From: an uncultured Chloroflexia bacterium
Lineage (GTDB): Bacteria; Chloroflexota; Chloroflexia; QHBQ01; JADMIH01
Assembly: GCA_963797095.1 (NCBI GenBank)
Contig: CAWCNY010000006.1
Coordinates: 480,001 to 544,000, forward strand
DNA: 64,000 nt
Direction: 5' to 3'
In this document: positions 1 through 10,014 of the stretch, in pieces
Layout of the letters: the number at the start of each line of letters is the position of its first letter
Position numbering within the stretch: position 1 is the stretch's first letter
Position numbers and translations under genes: made by a program
The notes under the pieces: generated by a model
Told to the model about the DNA's origin: nothing
The model's input: only the letters and a program-made list of their open reading frames with translations
Databases searched by the model: none

Positions 1-2
1 AG

Positions 3-167
3 TGGGGCCGCACCGTCGTAATGGTCACGCACGACCCCCGCATGGCCGCCTACGCCGACCGGATCATCTTCATGAAGGACGGAACGGTAGTTGACGACAC
101 CAAGCTCGGCCCCGATAAGACTGCCGAGTATGTGTTTGAGCGAATGGAGACGCTTGCAGAAAGGTAG
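3..167 (+). CDS. ABC transporter ATP-binding protein (LolD/MacB-like), C-terminal fragment
   Basis: Frame 3 reads ...[26 protein letters not shown]..., the ABC H-loop motif. Stop TAG at 165-167, directly upstream of the permeases; truncated by the window edge. Confidence 0.9.
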   Translation, partial: WGRTVVMVTHDPRMAAYADRIIFMKDGTVVDDTKLGPDKTAEYVFERMETLAER

Positions 168-256
168 GGCGTGAGCGACGAAAGACGCAAGACGAATGAC
201 ATAAGGCCATTGAGTGTCCAACATTCGTCCTTTGTTCCGCCCAGGAGAACTCAGAG

Positions 257-2758
257 GTGCGAACTTACATTACTATCCCATACCGCTACTTGATGGGGCG
301 CAAGACACGTACGTTTCTCACCACGCTGGCCGTGGTGTTCGGGGTAGCGGTCGTATTCGCTGTGAACATGATGTTACCGACGCTGGCGGCTACCCTGAGC
401 GCAAGCGAAACGGGCGTAACCGGGCAGGTTGATATGACGGTTACGAGCGTCACAGGCGACCCGTTCTCCCCCAACATAGTAGATCAGGTATCCCAAACCG
501 GCGGAGTAGCGGCGGTAGCGCCAGCCTTCGAGCGTCAGGTAACGCTGCCCGCCGATTCGAATATGCCGCCATTCACTTTGATCGGCCTCGATCCAGCGCG
601 CTCTGAGACGGTGCGCTTCTACCAGGTTACGGAAGGCCGCTTCTTGAGCACAGATGATACTCTTTCTGCCGTCGTCTCGCAACAACTTGCCCAGGTGATG
701 AGTGTGAGTGTAGGCGATACTTTCAAGCTTCCAACACCCGGTGGCCTGATCGACCTTTCGGTCGTGGGAGTGTTCAACACGCTGGATGACCAGATATTGG
801 TGCCCTTGAATACGGCGCAGACGTTGTTCGCTGCTCCCGGCCAGATCACAGCGATTGATGTAGTAATCACCGCTGGGGCCAACCGTGATGCGGTCAAGCA
901 AGCTCTGGAAGCTAAGCTAAGTTCTGCGTTCACTGTTGGTAGCGTCGTTGCTAACAGCGAGTTTGCCCAGAGCCTCCAGATAGGTCTGGTCATACTCAAC
1001 GCGTTCGGTGTCCTTGCGTTGTTTATGGGTGCCTTCCTGATCTTCAACACCTTTCGCACGGTTGTAGTAGAGCGGCGACGCGACATAGGCATGTTGCGAG
1101 CGGTGGGGGCCACGCGAGGCACAATTACCCGACTGATCCTGGTCGAATCGGCCATGCAAGGGGTGATCGGCACCGCAATCGGATTGCTTCTTGGCTATCT
1201 GATTGGCTCAAGCCTGATAAACGGATTACAAGGAGTATTGAACCAGTTCATGCGCCTCCGAATTGCCGAAACCATAGTGCCGGTAGAAACCGTGGTCCTG
1301 TCGGTGGTGTTAGGTATCGGTGTGACGGTGCTGGCGGGCCTGCTGCCTGCGTTAAGCGCAGGTCGGGTGCCCGTGTTGGCGGCCCTGCGTGCCGAGCAGA
1401 TAGAGGTAGTGCAAAGACGTAGCAGTATAGGCGCGCTGATCGGTGTGGGCTTGATCGTGCTGGGCGTGGTGAGCCTCTTGTTGGAGAATACCGGGCTGAT
1501 CTTGCTCGGCAGTGTCCTTATTCTAATTGGTCTGGTGATGCTGGCCCCGCTGCTGCTCAATCCCATCGCCCGGTTGCTTGATCCTGTAATACGCTGGTTG
1601 TTTTCTCGCGAAGGAGTGCTTGCCGAGGGCAACTTGAAGCGCAACCCGGGGCGGGCATCTGTGACAGTGTCCGCACTGATGATTGCCCTGGCGATCATAG
1701 TAGCTCTTAGCTCAAGCCTAACTTCAATCCGGACAGTATTCGAATCGAATCTGCGAACAAGCCTGGGTGCGGACATCCTACTGCTGCCGCCGAACCTGGC
1801 TGTGTGGCGTGGTAATGTAGGCGTTGGGGAGGAGTTCGGGCAGAAGCTTGACCAGATTCCAGGTATCCGCTCGTGGACAGGGTTGAGCTACGCTCCAGCC
1901 CTGGCAAAAGGAGCCGGTTTGCAGGTGCTGGCAATCGATCCTGCGACTTACCCGCTGGTATCTGGACTGGGCTTTGATGCGGGCAATGATAGTACGTACG
2001 CAGAGTTGAACAATGGCCGCGCGGCAATCGCTAATAAGATCTTTGCCACTACATTCGGGTATAAGGTCGGCGATAGCGTGCCGTTGCAAACACCGGCGGG
2101 TATGCGGAATTACCTGATCGTCGGCTTAGGCACCGACTATCTCGGCGCAAAGATCAATACGCTCTATATCTCAAAGGCGAATATGGCCCTCGACTTCGGG
2201 CGGGCGGACGACATCATGGTGATGGCGAATCTGGAGCCGGGTGCGGATACTGCGATGGTGAAGGCCCGTATCGAGAACCTGCTCCAGAGCTATCCGCAGT
2301 TGACCCTCTATTGGGGGGCCGACTGGGTGGCCGACCAAGCTCAGTACCTTGACCAGTTGTTCACAGCATACTATGTCATCTTTATCGCGCTGATGATCCC
2401 ATCGGTGTTAGGGCTCATCAACACGCTTGCGATCAACGTGCTGGAGCGCACGCGGGAGATCGGTGTGCTGCGAGCGATAGGCGCGACGCGGGGCCAGATC
2501 CGTAAACTCATAGTGGCAGAATCGTTGCTGCTGGGTATGGCAGGTACTGTTCTGGGACTGCTGTCCGGGCTTGCGCTCGGCTACGGGTTGACAAATGTGC
2601 TGGGCAATCTCTTCAGCTCCAATATAGTCTACAATTTCCCGTTGGTGGGCATCGTGTTCGCAGTTGTGCTGGCGATGCTAATGGCGCTGCTGGCGAGTAT
2701 GTTGCCTGCACGGCAGGCGGCTAGGGTCAAGATCGTGCAAGCACTACAGTACGAGTAG
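257..2758 (+). CDS. FtsX/MacB-family ABC transporter permease (copy 1)
   Basis: 833 aa with two MacB_PCD+FtsX halves; motifs ERRRDIGMLRAVGAT and ERTREIGVLRAIGAT; GTG start. Confidence 0.93.
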   Translation: MRTYITIPYRYLMGRKTRTFLTTLAVVFGVAVVFAVNMMLPTLAATLSASETGVTGQVDMTVTSVTGDPFSPNIVDQVSQTGGVAAVAPAFERQVTLPADSNMPPFTLIGLDPARSETVRFYQVTEGRFLSTDDTLSAVVSQQLAQVMSVSVGDTFKLPTPGGLIDLSVVGVFNTLDDQILVPLNTAQTLFAAPGQITAIDVVITAGANRDAVKQALEAKLSSAFTVGSVVANSEFAQSLQIGLVILNAFGVLALFMGAFLIFNTFRTVVVERRRDIGMLRAVGATRGTITRLILVESAMQGVIGTAIGLLLGYLIGSSLINGLQGVLNQFMRLRIAETIVPVETVVLSVVLGIGVTVLAGLLPALSAGRVPVLAALRAEQIEVVQRRSSIGALIGVGLIVLGVVSLLLENTGLILLGSVLILIGLVMLAPLLLNPIARLLDPVIRWLFSREGVLAEGNLKRNPGRASVTVSALMIALAIIVALSSSLTSIRTVFESNLRTSLGADILLLPPNLAVWRGNVGVGEEFGQKLDQIPGIRSWTGLSYAPALAKGAGLQVLAIDPATYPLVSGLGFDAGNDSTYAELNNGRAAIANKIFATTFGYKVGDSVPLQTPAGMRNYLIVGLGTDYLGAKINTLYISKANMALDFGRADDIMVMANLEPGADTAMVKARIENLLQSYPQLTLYWGADWVADQAQYLDQLFTAYYVIFIALMIPSVLGLINTLAINVLERTREIGVLRAIGATRGQIRKLIVAESLLLGMAGTVLGLLSGLALGYGLTNVLGNLFSSNIVYNFPLVGIVFAVVLAMLMALLASMLPARQAARVKIVQALQYE

Positions 2759-2808
2759 AAAAAGACAACCGATTACTTGTCAACTGTCGAATTGAGAGGA
2801 ATTCAAAG

Positions 2809-5310
2809 GTGAGAACTTACATTACTATCCCATTCCGCTACCTTGCCGGGCGCAAATTGCGCTCGTTGCTTACCACGCTGGCCGTGGTGTTCGGCGTAGC
2901 GGTGGTATTATCCGTGAACATGATCCTGCCCACCATCACAGCCGTCCTGAACGCGAGCGAGATGGGCGTGACCGGGCAGGTCGATATGACGGTCTCAAGC
3001 GCAACGGGAGCGCCCTTCCCGTCCAGCATACTCGACAAAGTATCGCAGACCAAAGGGGTGGCCGCGGCAGCGCCCGCCTTCCAGCGCCAGGTGATCTTGC
3101 CTGGAGATTCGAACATACCGCAGTTCGACTTGATTGGCCTGGACCCCACGCGCGCCGAAACGGTGCGGTTCTATCAGATTTCGGCAGGTCGCTTCCTCGA
3201 TGCAAGCGATACCGCTAGCGCGGTTATTTCGCAAGGGCTTGCGCAGTCGCTGAACCTGCATCCGGGTGACAAACTCAGTGTGCCGACCCCCAACGGCCTA
3301 GTCGATCTCCCTGTTGTTGGCGTTTTCGCAACTCAGGCAACCGAGCAGGTGCTTGTGCCCTTGCAGAAAGCCCAAAGCATGTATGAAGCCAATGGGCAGC
3401 TAACAGCCGTAGACGTGGTGATTACCGCAGGAGCCGGCCGTGATGCCGTGAAGAAAGCCTTGCTGGATGATCTCGGCTCTGCTTTCATCGTTGGTAGCGT
3501 CGCGGCCAATAGCGCGTTTGGCCAGGACTTGCAACTCGGTGGGATAATCTTCAATGTAGCCGGTATACTGACGCTCTTCATGGGGGCGTTCCTGATCTTC
3601 AACACCTTCCGCACGCTGGTGGTGGAGAGGAGGCGCGATATCGGCATGCTGCGAGCGGTGGGGGCCACGCGGGGCACGATCACACGGTTGATCCTGGTAG
3701 AATCGGCGCTGCAAGGTCTCGTGGGCACGGCAATCGGGCTGGTGCTCGGTTACCTGCTGGGATTGGCTATGGCGGGGGCGCTTCAAGGCTTGTTGGACAA
3801 GTTCGTGCGCATCCGCATAGGCACGCCGGTTGTACCGCCCGAAGCTCTAGTTTTCGCTGTAGTGCTCGGAGTGGGTATGACGGTGCTGGCTGGCCTGTTG
3901 CCTGCGCTCAGCGCGGGGCGATTGCCTGTGCTGGTAGCCCTTCGTGGCGAGGAGGTGGAGGTTGCGCGACGACGTGCCAGCATAGGGAGCATAATCGGGG
4001 TCGGCCTGGCGATTATCGGTATTGTGCTCCTCTTCATCGGAGACGCCCGCACGGCTACAATCGGCGGTGTGCTGATTCTGGTGGGCCTTGTGATGCTCGG
4101 TTCGATGCTGCTCCATCCCATCTCTCGCGTGCTTGAGCCTTTAATACGCTGGATGTTCGCCCGCGAAGGACTCCTTGCGGAAGGTAATCTGGAGCGCAAC
4201 CCGGGCCGCTCTTCGATAACGATGTCGGCCTTGATGATAGCTCTGGCAATCATCGTGGCTCTTTGGGCAGTCTTCTCTTCAATTCAGGACGCCTACATAA
4301 AGAACCTCCAAAAAACCCTGAGCGCCGATGTATTGCTGCTCCCTCCCAGCCTTGGTGTGTGGACCGGTGTCGTAGGCGTTACCGACGAGTTTGAGCACAA
4401 TCTTGCCCAAATACCCGGTGTTGGCAACGTGACCGGCCTTAGCTACGTGCCTGCCCAGGTGAACGGCATTAGTGTCCAACTAATGGGTTTCGATCCTGTA
4501 ACCTATCCGAAGGTATCGAACATCCTCTTTACTGAAGGCGACGACAGCACATATGCCGAGCTGGCCAACGGTCGCACGGCCATCCTTAGCGGAATCCTGG
4601 CTACCACCGTGAACGCCAAAGTGGGTGACACCGTGTCGGTGCAGACGGAGACCGGTGTGTTGAGCTACCGGGTTGTTGGAATAGGTGCTGATTTCACCAG
4701 TATGAAGATCTCCGCGATGTACATATCGAAACAGAACATGGTAGCCGACTTCGGCGATCCCGATGACATAATGGTGATGGCAAACCTCGGGCAAGGCGCG
4801 GATACGGCGACTGTGAAAGCCAACATCGAGAACCTGCTCAAAGACTATCCGCAGTTGACCCTCTACTGGGGAGCCGACTACCGGGCTGCTACTACCCAGG
4901 AGCTTGATCAGTTGTTCTCAGCCTTCTACATTATACTTGTCGCGTTGATCATCCCATCGGTGCTGGGCCTGATCAATACGCTTGCGATCAACGTGCTGGA
5001 GCGCACGCGGGAGATCGGGGTGCTGCGGGCGATAGGCGCGACGCGAAACCAGATCCGCCGTCTGGTGGTGGCCGAGGCGCTGCTGCTGGCCCTGGTTGGC
5101 ACGGCCCTGGGCCTGCTGGCCGGGCTTGCTCTCGGCTATGCGCTGGTAACATACATCGGAAGCACCGTCTATGCCACGACCTACTACTTCCCGGTGGTTG
5201 GGATAGTGCTGGCAATCGTGCTGGCAATCCTGATCGCATTGCTGGCAAGCGTATTGCCCGCTCGGCAGGCAGCCAGGGTTAAGATCGTGCAGGCGTTGCA
5301 GTACGAGTGA
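2809..5310 (+). CDS. FtsX/MacB-family ABC transporter permease (copy 2, tandem paralog)
   Basis: 833 aa, colinear with copy 1 (same MRTYITIP start and KIVQALQYE end). Confidence 0.93.
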   Translation: MRTYITIPFRYLAGRKLRSLLTTLAVVFGVAVVLSVNMILPTITAVLNASEMGVTGQVDMTVSSATGAPFPSSILDKVSQTKGVAAAAPAFQRQVILPGDSNIPQFDLIGLDPTRAETVRFYQISAGRFLDASDTASAVISQGLAQSLNLHPGDKLSVPTPNGLVDLPVVGVFATQATEQVLVPLQKAQSMYEANGQLTAVDVVITAGAGRDAVKKALLDDLGSAFIVGSVAANSAFGQDLQLGGIIFNVAGILTLFMGAFLIFNTFRTLVVERRRDIGMLRAVGATRGTITRLILVESALQGLVGTAIGLVLGYLLGLAMAGALQGLLDKFVRIRIGTPVVPPEALVFAVVLGVGMTVLAGLLPALSAGRLPVLVALRGEEVEVARRRASIGSIIGVGLAIIGIVLLFIGDARTATIGGVLILVGLVMLGSMLLHPISRVLEPLIRWMFAREGLLAEGNLERNPGRSSITMSALMIALAIIVALWAVFSSIQDAYIKNLQKTLSADVLLLPPSLGVWTGVVGVTDEFEHNLAQIPGVGNVTGLSYVPAQVNGISVQLMGFDPVTYPKVSNILFTEGDDSTYAELANGRTAILSGILATTVNAKVGDTVSVQTETGVLSYRVVGIGADFTSMKISAMYISKQNMVADFGDPDDIMVMANLGQGADTATVKANIENLLKDYPQLTLYWGADYRAATTQELDQLFSAFYIILVALIIPSVLGLINTLAINVLERTREIGVLRAIGATRNQIRRLVVAEALLLALVGTALGLLAGLALGYALVTYIGSTVYATTYYFPVVGIVLAIVLAILIALLASVLPARQAARVKIVQALQYE

Positions 5311-5323
5311 GAGAATAGCATAG

Positions 5324-5364
5324 AAGCAACAAATGTGGCCGCGCCGCGGCCACATTTGTTGCTT
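5324..5364. terminator. Perfect 19-bp inverted repeat between convergent genes (bidirectional terminator-like)
   Basis: AAGCAACAAATGTGGCCGC-gcc-GCGGCCACATTTGTTGCTT between permease 2 and hpt. Confidence 0.75.
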
Positions 5365-5375
5365 AAGGCACCTAT

Positions 5376-5987
5376 CTAAACGTCGTTTTTCATGACGCCG
5401 ATGTAGGGGAGATTTCGGAAGCGCTCTTTGTAATCTAGGCCATATCCCACCACGAACTGGTCCGGAATATCGAAGCCGATGTAGGCCAGACGAATATCGA
5501 GCAGGCGAACACTGGCCCGATCCAGGAGGGTACAGACGCGGAGAGACGCTGGTTGCCTGCTCCGGATCAGCTTCATCAGGTAGGCAAGCGTGAGGCCCGT
5601 ATCTACTATGTCCTCCACAATGAGAACGTGCCTGCCTGTGACCGGTTCGTCCAGGTCTTTGATAACGCGCACACCTCCATTACCCCTGGTATCAGGGCCA
5701 TAAGGGGTGATAGCGAGGAAATCGACACTGACGGGAATATCGTAGGGGATGGCGCGCATGAGATCGGCCATAAACGGAACGACGCCCTTGAGGACGCCTA
5801 CCAGGTGGAGAGGGCGGTCAGGTGTGACTCCGAGCTTGCGGTAGTCATCGGCGATCTCATAAGCCAACTCGCCTACCCGTGCTTGGATCTCTTCTTCAGT
5901 TATGAACGCCTCGATCCCTGCGCGAGGGTCCGAGATCGTTTGCTCAGAAGGCGAATCTGATGTGGTGGTCTGAAGGTCCAGTGTCAT
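5376..5987 (-). CDS. hpt: Hypoxanthine phosphoribosyltransferase
   Basis: VGVLKG, PRPP loop VLIVEDIVDTGLTL, FVVGYGLDY...RNLPYI. Confidence 0.95.
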   Translation of the reverse strand: MTLDLQTTTSDSPSEQTISDPRAGIEAFITEEEIQARVGELAYEIADDYRKLGVTPDRPLHLVGVLKGVVPFMADLMRAIPYDIPVSVDFLAITPYGPDTRGNGGVRVIKDLDEPVTGRHVLIVEDIVDTGLTLAYLMKLIRSRQPASLRVCTLLDRASVRLLDIRLAYIGFDIPDQFVVGYGLDYKERFRNLPYIGVMKNDV

Positions 5988-6041
5988 GATAACTATTGCT
6001 TACCGCGTACTACTTACTCCGTCACTCGTCACTCGTCTATT

Positions 6042-6827
6042 TCACGTATCACGTTCCCCAGGCATTTCAGCTTCCAATTCTTCCTGAGGAATGCCGAAAC
6101 GCTCTAACAGGCGTTGGTAATCGCGTCGGTAAAGAAGCTTTATATTGATCTCAGGATAGAGCGCTCGGATAAGCCGGAGCTTGCGGTTCTTGCGCCGGAC
6201 CAGCGATTGGCGCATGGTGGTCAGCTCTATATAAAGGTCGAATTCGGTCAGATAGAAATCGGGAGTGAACATTTCAACAGGTTTGCCGTCGCGCCATTGA
6301 AGAGCAAACTGGTGCGGCTCATATTCCCATTCAATGCCGTAATAATTGAGGAGGCGGGCGAACTCGGCCTCGCTGGCGTGGTGGAAATCGATGCCTCCCA
6401 CCGTGATCACACCGCCGGGTGGGCTGGATTCAGCCCCTGGCTTGGGCGCATTGTGACCTTTGGATGGCGAGACTGTGGGGGAACCGGTGGCGTCGTCGCC
6501 TGAGGCGGGGGAGGGGGTCGGCGACGATGAAGAAAGAGACGCGGAAGCGGGGGCGGTAGAGGGGACGGCGTGAGATGCCGTTGAGCTTGGAGGGTTGGAA
6601 GGTTTGGGGTGGGATTTAGGAGTAGGGTGGGTTTCGGGGGGTGGCAACGCCGGGGGAGATGCGTTGTGCTCCTCTTTGGTAGAGGGGGGGTCGTAGAACT
6701 GCATCTCCATCTGGTAGAGATGAGGGGCCTTTGGCCTTCGGGTTCCCGACCCTCTTCTAAGTGGCTTTTTCAGTTGTTCCGTTTCCTGAGTTTCCTCTAT
6801 TACCCTTGCTGCTTTGCGTCTTGGCAT
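6042..6827 (-). CDS. Hypothetical protein: disordered Pro/Ser-rich N-terminus plus PD-(D/E)xK nuclease-like C-terminal domain
   Basis: C-terminal SEAEFARLLNYYGIEWEYEP...FTPDFYLTEFDLYIELTT resembles restriction-endonuclease/T7 endonuclease I-like motifs; lies 54 bp upstream of hpt on the same strand. Confidence 0.7.
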   Translation of the reverse strand: MPRRKAARVIEETQETEQLKKPLRRGSGTRRPKAPHLYQMEMQFYDPPSTKEEHNASPPALPPPETHPTPKSHPKPSNPPSSTASHAVPSTAPASASLSSSSPTPSPASGDDATGSPTVSPSKGHNAPKPGAESSPPGGVITVGGIDFHHASEAEFARLLNYYGIEWEYEPHQFALQWRDGKPVEMFTPDFYLTEFDLYIELTTMRQSLVRRKNRKLRLIRALYPEINIKLLYRRDYQRLLERFGIPQEELEAEMPGERDT

Positions 6828-6933
6828 CCTTTGGCCCTACTCTAGCTATCGTGGCTCACTTAGCAAATATAGCCGGCGTATGGGTGCCGTCAGTCACCGC
6901 TGCCCATCTGGTGTTGCAATTGCAGTTACGTCA

Positions 6934-6963
6934 ATTATAAACCATATGTAGAGCACGTGACAA
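6934..6963 (-). promoter_or_regulatory. Sigma70-type promoter for the nuclease-like gene/hpt
   Basis: Minus strand TTGTCA-N18-TATAAT, about 105 bp upstream of the ATG at 6827. Confidence 0.5.
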
Positions 6964-7078
6964 TACGCTTTTCCACACATTCTTGCGGATGACATAAGCA
7001 ATTTTTATACCGTGAATGTCGGCATCAACCCTTTTTCGTTGTGTCATTCTCGGTTCTCTAATTGTCATATATATGCCA

Positions 7079-8344
7079 TCAACTTATGAATATCCAGTTG
7101 GCAAACAGGCCCGCCATCACTATATAGAGACCAGCGGAGAAGTAAGCCAGGGGCTTGAAGCGCTTCTGGGTGGGAGTGATGAGCGCGAGCAAGATGAAGA
7201 TCGGGAAGGCAAGAAGCAGGCGGCGTGGTGAGTTTACTTCAGGGCGATCGACATAGACGTACATGGTGACGCTGAGGTTCATCAGGCCCAATGCTATCGA
7301 GAAAAGGGTGTGGGGTACCGAGCGCACCTTAATCGCCACTCCTGCCACCAGCACGATAGTCAGTATGGTGAAGAAGATATCCATCAGATTGAACGCGAGC
7401 AAGGTATTGTCGGGCTTGATCGCACCAAGCGCCTGGATCAGCGGCAACCCTGGGAAGTCGAGGCGTTGCGCCCCACCCACATCTGTTATACCCTGTATAG
7501 GAGTAGATATGAACAGATACCGGTAGACAAGGTAGGAGCCGGCAGCCAGTGGGCAGAGCAAAAGCCACGCACCCTGCGACAGCCCGCGTAGCGGGTGGTC
7601 GCGGCGATTGGGCCAGAACTGCTGCCAGAAGATATATGCCAGGGGCAGAATTATGGCGATGCCGGGCTGTTTGGTGCAGGCGGCGAGGCCCGATAGCAGT
7701 CCCGCCAGCCACCATTTACCCGTACGCGCATAGTAGAGCGCGCCTACCATTCCGGCCAACACGATGCTTTCGGTATACCCCATGAACAGGAAGAAAGATG
7801 CCGGGAATATGGCGGACCATATCACCGCCCGCCGCGCTACATCCGCTCCATAGTCCAGGTTTACCAGCCTGTAGAGAAAATAAAAGAAGAGGAGCGCGAA
7901 GAGGTTGGCGACCACCAGCGTGGACAACAGATAGTTGCCCATGAGAGGGAAACTGAAGAGCTTGACCAGGATCGGGTAGCCGGGATAGTAGGCGGTCTGC
8001 CAGCCGAGATCGCCGCTGTAGCCGTGCTGGGCGATTTCGACGTAATACCGGACATCGTAGATGTTCCAGACCCCGATGGTGTAGCCGTAGAGATCGCGGT
8101 CAGGCAGGACAACATCCGGATAATCGCGCCTGACGTGCTCGTGCGACGAATCGGGGGCAAAAGCCAGGATGGTAGCGCCCAGAATCGAGAGCGCGACACG
8201 TGATACCAGCCAGACCGTAAGCGCGAACCTGAGAGCGTCTTTCGCTGTGGATCGCTCCAGCGCAAGGGGGCCGGTGGTCGTTGTCCTACCGGTAGCGAGC
8301 GCAGCTACTGCTCCGGCACTGGATTGTGTGTTGGCTGCCTGCAA
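7079..8344 (-). CDS. GT-C membrane glycosyltransferase (PIG-V/Mannosyl_trans2-like)
   Basis: Multi-TM protein; YDVRYYVEIAQHGY, AYYPGYPIL and FPASFFLFMGYTES match this family's motifs. Confidence 0.8.
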   Translation of the reverse strand: MQAANTQSSAGAVAALATGRTTTTGPLALERSTAKDALRFALTVWLVSRVALSILGATILAFAPDSSHEHVRRDYPDVVLPDRDLYGYTIGVWNIYDVRYYVEIAQHGYSGDLGWQTAYYPGYPILVKLFSFPLMGNYLLSTLVVANLFALLFFYFLYRLVNLDYGADVARRAVIWSAIFPASFFLFMGYTESIVLAGMVGALYYARTGKWWLAGLLSGLAACTKQPGIAIILPLAYIFWQQFWPNRRDHPLRGLSQGAWLLLCPLAAGSYLVYRYLFISTPIQGITDVGGAQRLDFPGLPLIQALGAIKPDNTLLAFNLMDIFFTILTIVLVAGVAIKVRSVPHTLFSIALGLMNLSVTMYVYVDRPEVNSPRRLLLAFPIFILLALITPTQKRFKPLAYFSAGLYIVMAGLFANWIFIS

Positions 8345-8616
8345 ATTACTCTTCCATCAGGAGTACGGCGGATTCCGACATAGTCATTATAGAAGAGCCT
8401 GCGGCTGGTGTAATTCGCAAAATGGTACTGTTATCAGATGCTTTTGGTACTAACCACTCGATTATGGCGCATGCTGCGATTTCCACACGTTGTTCGTGCT
8501 ATGATGCTGCTGGTATAATCTGGATGCGGCCGGTGCGCCGCGATTTGTGTCCGGTCCATGCCAATGCGGGACGATACACGCAAGCGTTGTGGATCGGGAG
8601 TATAGGAGGCGGCTGT

Positions 8617-9429
8617 TTGCAGGCGTTACAGAGGTTTGAGGAACTTGTAGAGCGGGTAATGGAAGGTTCGTTTGCGCGCCTGTTCCGCAGTCCCATCCAG
8701 CCTGCCGAGATCGCCAAGAGGTTAGAGCGCGAGATGGAGGCGCACCCTACCATAAGCGTGGGGAGAACCTACGTGCCTAACCACTATGTGGTTACGCTCC
8801 ACCCGGAGGACTTCGCAGAGTTCGAGCCGTTCCGCCACTCGCTTGAGCACAACATGGCCGAGTTCGTCTCTGACCTCGCGGCAGAGCGGGGGTACGCACT
8901 GGTGGCACGCCCCAAAGTGAACTTGCAGGCGGGCACAGGGGTCCACAAGCGAGGCATCGAGGTTGAGGCCAGCCTGAGCGACCAACCCGCTTCGTCGCTG
9001 GCGGGCACTACGCGCATCGGGCAGAAGCCGAAGGCCGAAGGGGATAGCGAGCCAATCGAGCGCACGCACGCCATGCCGCGCGTCCAGGCAAGCCGAGGAC
9101 CGGCAAATCCTGTTGCCCAGCAGGTAGCGCAAGCCCCACCCCCGGCCTCACTCAGCCCTCTGGTGGGTGACCTGGCTGGACGCGAGTTCAATATCAGCAA
9201 AACCCTGCTTGCCATAGGTCGCGGCCTGGACAATGACCTCGTGATCGATGACCCGCGAGTGTCGAGGCACCACGCTCAGGTAACGTTTCGGCACGGTCAC
9301 TATCTGCTACGCGACCTGCGATCCACCAACGGCACCTTCGTGAACGGGCAAACTGTGGAAGCGGTAGTGCTGGCATCCGGCGATCTGGTTTCGATTGGCG
9401 GCTTTGAGTTGGTTTTCAATCAAACGTAG
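8617..9429 (+). CDS. FhaA-like protein (DUF3662 + C-terminal FHA)
   Basis: LERVMEGSFARLFRSPIQPAEIAKRLEREM (DUF3662) and IGRGLDND...VSRHHA...STNGTFVNG (FHA). Start moved to TTG 8617, which follows GGAGG; an extended -10 TGGTATAAT lies near 8511. Confidence 0.88.
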   Translation: MQALQRFEELVERVMEGSFARLFRSPIQPAEIAKRLEREMEAHPTISVGRTYVPNHYVVTLHPEDFAEFEPFRHSLEHNMAEFVSDLAAERGYALVARPKVNLQAGTGVHKRGIEVEASLSDQPASSLAGTTRIGQKPKAEGDSEPIERTHAMPRVQASRGPANPVAQQVAQAPPPASLSPLVGDLAGREFNISKTLLAIGRGLDNDLVIDDPRVSRHHAQVTFRHGHYLLRDLRSTNGTFVNGQTVEAVVLASGDLVSIGGFELVFNQT

Positions 9430-9430
9430 A

Positions 9431-9538
9431 AGTGACGAGTAACGAGTGACAAGTGATTGTGCTCACTCATGAACGCCTAACGCTCAACTCGTCACTCGTC
9501 ACTCGTCACTCGTCACTCGTCACTCGTCACTCGTCACT
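9431..9538. repeat. Inverted pair of heptamer tandem arrays (AGTGACG x about 3.5, then ACTCGTC x7)
   Basis: 9431-9455 agtgacg-agtaacg-agtgaca-agtg; 9487-9538 seven perfect ACTCGTC units plus ACT. Confidence 0.9.
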
Positions 9539-9542
9539 TATC

Positions 9543-10001
9543 ATGCCAAGTTCGCAAAATCTGCCTTTTGACATATTCATCTTGGGGTTGAGGATCGCGT
9601 TTATCGTGCTTATCTACCTCTTCTTGTTCCAGATAATGCGGGTTGTGGTACGCGATTTACGGCAAGGAGTGTCGGTGGAAGCACCATCGGCAAAATCCCG
9701 GTACGGGAAACTGGTGATTGTTGAGCCGGGAAAGAGCAGGCTAGCGCCTGGCACGACTTTTACACTACAAGCAGTAACTTCGCTGGGGAGAAAGGCCAGC
9801 AACAGCATCGTTCTTGACGACGATTTCGTGTCGAGCGAGCATTCGCTGATCAGCTGGCGCGATGGCAGAACCTGGCTGGAGGACGTGGCGTCCACCAATG
9901 GCACGTTCCTCAACAACGGGGAAGTGACGCGTCCGGTGGCGGTCTCCGAGGGAGATATCATAGGGATCGGCGGCGTGCGTCTGAAATGGACGGAAGGATA
10001 G
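9543..10001 (+). CDS. FhaB/FipA-like membrane-anchored FHA domain protein
   Basis: N-terminal TM LRIAFIVLIYLFLFQIM...RDL; FHA motifs LGRKASN, VSSEHS, STNGTFLN. ATG 9543 preferred because the upstream ORF extension is translated heptamer repeat. Confidence 0.85.
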   Translation: MPSSQNLPFDIFILGLRIAFIVLIYLFLFQIMRVVVRDLRQGVSVEAPSAKSRYGKLVIVEPGKSRLAPGTTFTLQAVTSLGRKASNSIVLDDDFVSSEHSLISWRDGRTWLEDVASTNGTFLNNGEVTRPVAVSEGDIIGIGGVRLKWTEG

Positions 10002-10014
10002 GATAGGCAGGAAC

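Noticed and set aside
6830-6930. Riboswitch (ZTP or purine) in the leader of the nuclease-hpt unit
   Set aside because: Only a GTGACTG fragment matches; the remaining conserved elements are not visible.
9453-9542. N-terminal extension SSLVTRHSSLVTRH of the FHA ORF
   Set aside because: It is the translation of the ACTCGTC heptamer array; ATG 9543 is the more plausible start.
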